The notes beneath the pieces were generated by a model. It was not told the DNA's origin. It saw nothing but the letters and a program-made list of their open reading frames with translations, and searched no databases. A stretch of 21,695 nucleotides of DNA from Verrucomicrobiota bacterium (GTDB taxonomy: Bacteria > Verrucomicrobiota > Verrucomicrobiia > Limisphaerales > SXQI01): assembly GCA_033762115.1 (NCBI GenBank), contig JANRLX010000023.1, positions 1 to 21,695 of the forward strand. The letters are read 5' to 3'. The position numbers and the translations under genes were made by a program. Below are positions 16,115 to 21,695 of this stretch, piece after piece. Numbering within the stretch: the stretch's first letter is position 1; every line of letters begins with the position of its first letter.

Positions 16115-16786
16115 GTGAAAGGGAAAGCATCCAACTCGAGCAGCCCAAAAAAGCGCGTCCTAATTGTCGATGACCATCCCATGATGCGGGATGGGTTGCG
16201 GCAGTTGATCGCTTATGAAGCGGACATCGAGGTTTGCGCGGAAGCGGACACGATTCCCGAAGCTTTAAACGCAGCGGACAAGCATAAACCTGACCTTGCG
16301 ATTGTTGATATCAGTTTAAAAGGTGGCAACGGGCTCGAGCTGATCAAGGACCTGCAGATTCGCCATCCCGAAGTTTCTGTGATTGTCATCTCCATGCATG
16401 ACGAATCGCTGTATGCCGAACGGGTCCTCCGGGCAGGAGGCCGTGGTTACATCATGAAACAGGAGGGTGGGAAAAGAATCATCGAGGGAATCCGCCAGGT
16501 CATCAGCGGACGCACGTTCGTCAGTGATGCGGTTTCTGCGCGGATAATCGATGCGTTCTCAGGCCATGGCAAAAGCGGTCAACCCTCCGTGGAATTGCTG
16601 ACGGACCGCGAATTCGAAATATTTCAATTGATCGGCCAGGGACTGACGACAAAAGTCATGGCTGAAAAGCTTCACGTGAGCGTCAAGACAGTCGAGGTCC
16701 ACCGCGTGAATATCAAGGAAAAGCTAAACCTTCCAACCGCGACGGATTTGATTCGCTTCGCAGTGCGCTGGGTAGAATCCCGCTGA
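16115..16786 (+). CDS. NarL/LuxR-family response regulator
   Basis: VLIVDDHPMMRDG, PDLAIVDISL, ISMH, GYIMK, LTDREFEIFQLIGQG, SVKTVEVHRVNIKEKL. Start placed at GTG 16115, after the kinase stop. Confidence 0.95.
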   Translation: MKGKASNSSSPKKRVLIVDDHPMMRDGLRQLIAYEADIEVCAEADTIPEALNAADKHKPDLAIVDISLKGGNGLELIKDLQIRHPEVSVIVISMHDESLYAERVLRAGGRGYIMKQEGGKRIIEGIRQVISGRTFVSDAVSARIIDAFSGHGKSGQPSVELLTDREFEIFQLIGQGLTTKVMAEKLHVSVKTVEVHRVNIKEKLNLPTATDLIRFAVRWVESR

Positions 16787-16789
16787 TTT

Positions 16790-17404
16790 TTATTTTCCGA
16801 ATTTGGGATCGCCGAAGACTTTCACGTAGGAGGGGTATAGCTGCTCAAATCGGCTGTTGGCGAATCGCTCGGCGTAATCTTCACCTCGGGTGGAACCTCT
16901 GTGTTTTTGATGAAGGCGATCGTGGTGATGACCAAGTTCGTGCATCAAGACATGAAGCAGCATAAAAGCGCGTGCCTGGGATTCGGTGAAGCGGCAAAGG
17001 ACAGCATCGCCGGTTTGATCATGTGAAACGCCCAAGCGAGAGAAAATATGCTCGTGCGCATCGAAATATTTTGCGGGGAGTTCAGTCCAGAGATCCTCGG
17101 GCCAGGCATTGAGGAAAATCGCGCCCGTTTCATCCCGATGGAAAAATTGGTAGGCCCCGTCCTGGTCCAAACAGGGGGAAGCGAGAACAATTCGCTCGAG
17201 TCGCTGGGAGAGGTGTTGAAAATCAGGAATTATTTCGATGAATGCCTGGATATCCCGTTTGCCAAGGACATGACGAAAGCCTCTGCCGGGCGATTCATGG
17301 TCCAAAATAGAACGATGCAAACTCGTCAGTTGGTGACGGTTCTTCCGCTGGACACGTCCATCTTTTACTTTGGTCGCGGTGCGTCTGTTGAATGAAGTGC
17401 GCAT
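16790..17404 (-). CDS. Hypothetical zinc metallopeptidase-like protein (HExxH)
   Basis: 204-aa ORF filling the gap; HVLMHELGHHHD followed by EDYAE; basic N-terminus, no signal peptide. Confidence 0.65.
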   Translation of the reverse strand: MRTSFNRRTATKVKDGRVQRKNRHQLTSLHRSILDHESPGRGFRHVLGKRDIQAFIEIIPDFQHLSQRLERIVLASPCLDQDGAYQFFHRDETGAIFLNAWPEDLWTELPAKYFDAHEHIFSRLGVSHDQTGDAVLCRFTESQARAFMLLHVLMHELGHHHDRLHQKHRGSTRGEDYAERFANSRFEQLYPSYVKVFGDPKFGK

Positions 17405-17592
17405 TGGCTTTCCTGATTTCAGTGTGCACGCCCTGCCTGGTGATGTGAAATGGAAAGAGTAAAATTATAAAATAAGCCAAAACGTTCACCAACTCATTCG
17501 GACTGAAACGATATCAAGCAGCGCTTTGGGTTGCGTTTCGGTGAAAAATTCTCTTAACTGCGCGTTCTGCCACAATAAACGATTTCAAGGAC

Positions 17593-18858
17593 ATGAGAAC
17601 AGTTACAGAGCTTACAACGGTGAACGGGAATGTGCGCAGCCTTGTGGAAGGCGCGCTGCAAGATTCGGGTGGGTTGCTGCGGCTGGCGCCGTGCTGGGTG
17701 CCACGCTCTTTTTTGCAGCCTGGGAAGCGATTGAAGTTGGCGCCGGAGGATCTGTATGCCTATGGCTTGAATCGCGGTGGGATCGATGAGCGTTGGTTTG
17801 CTTCGACCACCCCGGCGGCCAACGATAATCGCACGCCGGATGAGGGGTTGAGCTATGTGGTGGCAGGGAGGAATCGTTTAACGCTCGCGGCGGCTGTGGA
17901 GGAGACAGGGGGGCTTTTGATCGGGGAACGGATTTGGAACAAATACCGGAAATGGCCGGTTTATTCCAAGTTTTTCGATAATATGGGGCCGATCCCGCAT
18001 CATATGCATCAATCGCAGGAGCAGGCGCGTTTGGTGGGGCAGGAGGGAAAGCCTGAATCGTATTATTTTCCGCCGCAGCATAATGCGACGGGGAATAATT
18101 TTCCGTATACGTTCATGGGACTGGAGCCGGGGACGACGAAGGCGCAGGTGCGCCGATGCCTTGAGAACTGGAACAAGGGGGACAACGGGATTTTAGATCT
18201 TTCACGTGCGTATCGGTTGAAGCCGGGGAGCGGATGGTTGATCGGGCCGGGGATTTTGCACGCGCCGGGTTCGCTCTGCACTTATGAACCGCAATGGGGT
18301 TCGGATGTGTTCGGGATGTATCAAAGTCTTGTGGAAGGTCGTGAAGTTCCGTGGGCGTTGCTGGTGAAGGATATGCCGAAGGAGAAGCATCAGGACCTGG
18401 ATTTCATTGTGGAGCAACTGGATTGGGAGGCGAACGTCGATCCGCATTTCAAGGAGAGCAATTACCTGGAACCGGTGCCGGTGGCAGACACGCGGAAGGA
18501 AGGGTTCGTGGACCGCTGGATTGTGTATGGAAAGGTGAGGGGGGAACAGTTGTTTACGGCGAAGGAGTTGACGGTGGAGCCAGGAGTGAAATGCACGATC
18601 AAGGACAGTGGGGCTTATGGATTGATCACGGTGCAGGGGAAGGGGCGGATGAACAAACTGGAGCTGGATTGCCCGAAGATGATTCGTTTCCATGAATTGA
18701 CGATGGATGAAGTGTTTTGCACGGAGAGTGCGGCAAGGAGCGGTGTGACTTTTGAGAACACCTCGTCCGTGGAGCCGCTGGTGGTGCTTCGTTATTTTGG
18801 TCCGGACGCGAATCCTGATGCGCCCGCGATTGGCGCTTACAAGCAGAACGCTTTTTAA
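17593..18858 (+). CDS. Cupin-fold protein, class I mannose-6-phosphate isomerase-like
   Basis: LRLAPCWVPR, DERW, KFFD, PHHMHQ, GKPESYYF, GILHAPGSLCTYEPQ; candidate metal ligands H-x-H, E, H. Substrate uncertain. Confidence 0.65.
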   Translation: MRTVTELTTVNGNVRSLVEGALQDSGGLLRLAPCWVPRSFLQPGKRLKLAPEDLYAYGLNRGGIDERWFASTTPAANDNRTPDEGLSYVVAGRNRLTLAAAVEETGGLLIGERIWNKYRKWPVYSKFFDNMGPIPHHMHQSQEQARLVGQEGKPESYYFPPQHNATGNNFPYTFMGLEPGTTKAQVRRCLENWNKGDNGILDLSRAYRLKPGSGWLIGPGILHAPGSLCTYEPQWGSDVFGMYQSLVEGREVPWALLVKDMPKEKHQDLDFIVEQLDWEANVDPHFKESNYLEPVPVADTRKEGFVDRWIVYGKVRGEQLFTAKELTVEPGVKCTIKDSGAYGLITVQGKGRMNKLELDCPKMIRFHELTMDEVFCTESAARSGVTFENTSSVEPLVVLRYFGPDANPDAPAIGAYKQNAF

Positions 18859-18861
18859 TTT

Positions 18862-19776
18862 TTACATTGTTGCGGGCCGAAAATTCTGGGCGAGTTCAAT
18901 AACCCGCTCGGCGAGGTGTTTGGGAGGTTCGGCTGCATGCAGCCAGGTGCATGGAAGTTGATGGCGAAACCATGTGTTTTGTCGTTTTGCGAATTGACGG
19001 GTGCGCAGCTTGACGAGATCCATTGTGGCCTGGAGTGAAAGTTCTCCATTGAGATGCGCGATCACCTGCTTGTAGCCGAGCGCCTGGGAGGCGACCTGGT
19101 TTTCCCGCAAGCCCTGGGTGAGGAGAGATTTTGTTTCGTCGACAAGGCCGCTGGCGAACATGCGATCCACACGCACATCAATTCGGGTATCGAGGTCCCC
19201 TTTTTCCCGGCGAAGGCAGAAGAGCGGGCCGGGAAGGGGCGGTTGTTTCCAATCCGCTTTTTGAGCTGAAAACGGTTTTCCGGTAAGACGAAGCACTTCA
19301 ACAGCGCGAACGACCCTGCGGCGGTTGGATCGATCAATTTGGGAGAAGGTCAGGGGATCGGCCTGTTGCAATTCCGCGAGCAGTATTTGAAGCGGGGCAC
19401 GTTCCAACTCCTGCCTGAGCAAGGGATCGCCGGGTGGTGTTGAACCGAGGCCAAAGAGAAAGGCCTTGAAATAGAATCCAGTGCCGCCGCAGTAGATGGG
19501 GCGGCGTCCACGGGAACGAATCTGCTGTTCGGCGGCGTGGGCGAGATGGACAAAAGCGGCTGCGTCAAAGCTCTCGTCCAGGGGGAGAATATCAATGAGG
19601 TGGTGCGGAATTTCGGCGCGTTCCGCGAGGGAAGGTTTGGCAGTGCCGATGTCCAGGCCTTGATAAACCTGCATGGAATCGACGGAAATGATTTCGCCAT
19701 TGAGCAGAGCGGCCAACTGGAGGGCCAGTGCCGATTTTCCTGCGGCAGTGGGGCCAGCCAGGAAGATAGGGATCAT
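18862..19776 (-). CDS. miaA: tRNA dimethylallyltransferase
   Basis: GPTAAGKS, EIISVDSMQVYQGLDIGTAKP, IPHHLID, GGTGFY, RVVRAVEV, ALGYKQ, TRQFAKRQNTWFR. Confidence 0.97.
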   Translation of the reverse strand: MIPIFLAGPTAAGKSALALQLAALLNGEIISVDSMQVYQGLDIGTAKPSLAERAEIPHHLIDILPLDESFDAAAFVHLAHAAEQQIRSRGRRPIYCGGTGFYFKAFLFGLGSTPPGDPLLRQELERAPLQILLAELQQADPLTFSQIDRSNRRRVVRAVEVLRLTGKPFSAQKADWKQPPLPGPLFCLRREKGDLDTRIDVRVDRMFASGLVDETKSLLTQGLRENQVASQALGYKQVIAHLNGELSLQATMDLVKLRTRQFAKRQNTWFRHQLPCTWLHAAEPPKHLAERVIELAQNFRPATM

Positions 19777-20288
19777 TTTGCGGGGGAAGCTTCCTGTGGG
19801 GCGGTTTCGTACTCGTTCTGCCAGGAAATGAGGAAGAGGAGACCGACGCCTGTGCAGATGGCCATGTCGGCAATATTGAAGGCGGGGAAACCTGCTTCGA
19901 TACCGCTCTTTTTATAAACATAAAAATAGAGGAAATCGATGACATGTTTGACGAACAAACGGTCGATCAGGTTCCCGACAATGCCGCCAAAGATCAGGCC
20001 GAGCGCGCATTGGCCGGTCAATGTTTTCGAATTGAAATGGTGACGGTATAAAAAGAGGAGAAGGAGGGCGAAGAGGGAGACGATGGCGAGGAGTTCGTTG
20101 TTCCCGCTCATGACGCTCCAGGCAGCGCCGGTGTTGCCCCAATGAACGAATTTGAAAAAGCCATCAATGATCACCTTTTCCTCAACGCGGAATTCGAGGG
20201 TCCGCAAAACAATCTGTTTGGTGACCTGATCGAGAAGGATGATTGCAAGGGCTATAAGGGCAATTCGTTTGTTGGCTGTTAACAACAT
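19773..20288 (-). CDS. lspA: Lipoprotein signal peptidase II
   Basis: LDQVTK, NTGAAWS, GGIVGNLIDR, VIDF, FPAFNIADMAI; ATGA overlap with miaA. Start at ATG 20288. Confidence 0.95.
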   Translation of the reverse strand: MLLTANKRIALIALAIILLDQVTKQIVLRTLEFRVEEKVIIDGFFKFVHWGNTGAAWSVMSGNNELLAIVSLFALLLLFLYRHHFNSKTLTGQCALGLIFGGIVGNLIDRLFVKHVIDFLYFYVYKKSGIEAGFPAFNIADMAICTGVGLLFLISWQNEYETAPQEASPAK

Positions 20289-20365
20289 TGAAGCAGTTTT
20301 ACCTGAAGGAGGGTTTCCGGGCAAGGGAGTGGGCCTGAGATGGAGCGTCAGGGGAAATTTTAATT

Positions 20366-21172
20366 TTACTGAAGTTTTTGCCGGGCCTTGGCCAAACCGC
20401 GGAGGGCAGGTTGAAAGCCGGGTTGCAACTGAAGGGCCATGGAAAATTGCTGGACGGCTTCCTCGAAGCGGTTTTGCACATAGTAGGCATTGCCGAGGTT
20501 AACGTGGGCCTCGGTATAATCGGGCTGGAGGCGGATGGCTTCGGAAAAGGAGGCGATGGCTTCCCTGACTTTTCCCTGGCGACCGTAGGCGGTGCCGAGG
20601 TTGTTGTGAGCGGTGGCGTTTTCCGGGGTGGTGCGGATGGCGGCCTTGAAGTGCTCGATTGCTTCATCGATTTTTTCATCGGACAAGAGGAGATTGCCGA
20701 GATTGTTATGCACTTCGGCGTAATCGGGGTAAATTTCGAGGGCTTTTTCGTAATGTTTCCGCGCGTCCTGTTTTCGTCCTGCCCTGGCAAGGGCGGCGGC
20801 CAGGTTATAGTGAATATCCTCATCCTCGGGGTTGAGCTTGAGGGCGGCTTCATACTTTAAAACTGCTTCAGCGGCTTTGCCGTCGGCGAGGAGTTCAGTG
20901 CCTTCATTAACCAGGCTGGTGATCTGTTCAGTATCGGAAAGGTCGGAGGAGGGGTTTTCAGGTTCGAGCGAGCTGCCTGTGACAGGGAGGGAATTACTGC
21001 TGGCAGCGAGTTTGACGGATTGAGCGATGGTGCTTTTTCGCTGGCGTTTTGAGAAAAAAGCGAATGTGAGAAAGCCGACGGCGAGCACCAGGAGCAAGAC
21101 AAGGAACTGTGTGGTTTTCCGCTGCATGCGGGAAGGACGGGGCGGCTTTTGCGATCTGGAATTGCGGGGCAT
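20366..21172 (-). CDS. Membrane-anchored tetratricopeptide repeat protein
   Basis: N-terminal TM helix, S/P-rich linker, about five 34-aa TPRs (HYNLA, HNNLGN, HNNLGT, HVNLGN). Start at ATG 21172 after CAGGGGGCA; ATG 21127 is an alternative. Confidence 0.88.
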   Translation of the reverse strand: MPRNSRSQKPPRPSRMQRKTTQFLVLLLVLAVGFLTFAFFSKRQRKSTIAQSVKLAASSNSLPVTGSSLEPENPSSDLSDTEQITSLVNEGTELLADGKAAEAVLKYEAALKLNPEDEDIHYNLAAALARAGRKQDARKHYEKALEIYPDYAEVHNNLGNLLLSDEKIDEAIEHFKAAIRTTPENATAHNNLGTAYGRQGKVREAIASFSEAIRLQPDYTEAHVNLGNAYYVQNRFEEAVQQFSMALQLQPGFQPALRGLAKARQKLQ

Positions 21173-21257
21173 TGCCCCCTGACTAAACAATTAGCGGGAG
21201 CGTTGCAACGCAAAAGGAGTTGCATTCCATTCCCTTTGGACCATCTGCGGGTGACTT

Positions 21258-21695
21258 CTAATCCGCTTCAGTGACGTGAATTGAGCGGTTCAGGGAGGGA
21301 ACTGTGACGGGCTGGATTTTGCCTGAAGGCCAGCGGATGACCAGTTCATCCACGGAAGTCGCCTTGCCCAGGCCGAAGGTGACAGGCAGTTCGCATTGGG
21401 AAAGATAACTCCTGGTGGGCATGACCTGGCGGGACTGGAGCTGCCCGGCGCTTTTCAGATTGATGGTTGCGCCGATGGCGGAACGATTGCTTTTTTTGCC
21501 GGTGAGCTGGACTTTCAACCAATTGTGCTGGAGGGACTGGTCATTGCGGCAAAACAAAGGAGCGCCACCGGTCTGGCAAAGCACGACATCGAGATCGCCG
21601 TCCTGGTCGAAATCCGCATAGGCCGAACCGCGCCCGACAATCGGTTTGAAGAGATCAAGGCCAACGTGATTTGTGCTCACGGGGATAAAACTGGC
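21258..21695 (-). CDS. CRTAC1-family protein (FG-GAP repeat + ASPIC/UnbV), C-terminal part only
   Basis: GRGSAYADFDQDGDLDV, WLKVQLTG, NRSAIGA, SYLSQ, FGLG, IRWPSG; frame is open to the window edge. Confidence 0.9.
   Translation of the reverse strand, partial: ASFIPVSTNHVGLDLFKPIVGRGSAYADFDQDGDLDVVLCQTGGAPLFCRNDQSLQHNWLKVQLTGKKSNRSAIGATINLKSAGQLQSRQVMPTRSYLSQCELPVTFGLGKATSVDELVIRWPSGKIQPVTVPSLNRSIHVTEAD

Noticed and set aside
20366..20860. Periodic sequence similarity in the TPR gene
   Set aside because: Explained by ordinary 34-aa TPR units.

Overview
Bacterial chromosomal window, probably Verrucomicrobiota (inferred from gene families and a 'W...FFxL' C-terminal motif; not verified). The core is a microaerobic respiration locus: a minus-strand cbb3-type cytochrome c oxidase operon ccoI-ccoS-ccoNO(fused)-ccoQ-ccoP(monoheme)-ccoG-ccoH-DsbD_2/TauE-like. 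It is followed on the same strand by two HTH-less Crp/cNMP-fold proteins and an N-terminally short orphan GspE/PilB ATPase. Converging on these from the left are a tandem-domain universal stress protein and the 3' part of a gene with tandem CorA/MopE-like candidate copper-binding domains. Divergent from ccoI are a radical SAM gene, a Cys-rich PocR-AraC regulator, a NifL/Aer-type PAS histidine kinase and a NarL-type response regulator. The right end holds an HExxH protein, a phosphomannose-isomerase-like cupin, miaA, lspA, a TPR protein and a partial ASPIC/UnbV gene. No RNA genes, CRISPR arrays or mobile elements were seen. Best novelty candidates: the multi-repeat CorA/MopE-like protein beside a copper oxidase, the cNMP-cNMP-GspE module, and an oxidase locus with several redox-sensor candidates but no FNR gene. 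All family calls come from motif recognition by eye, with no database searches.
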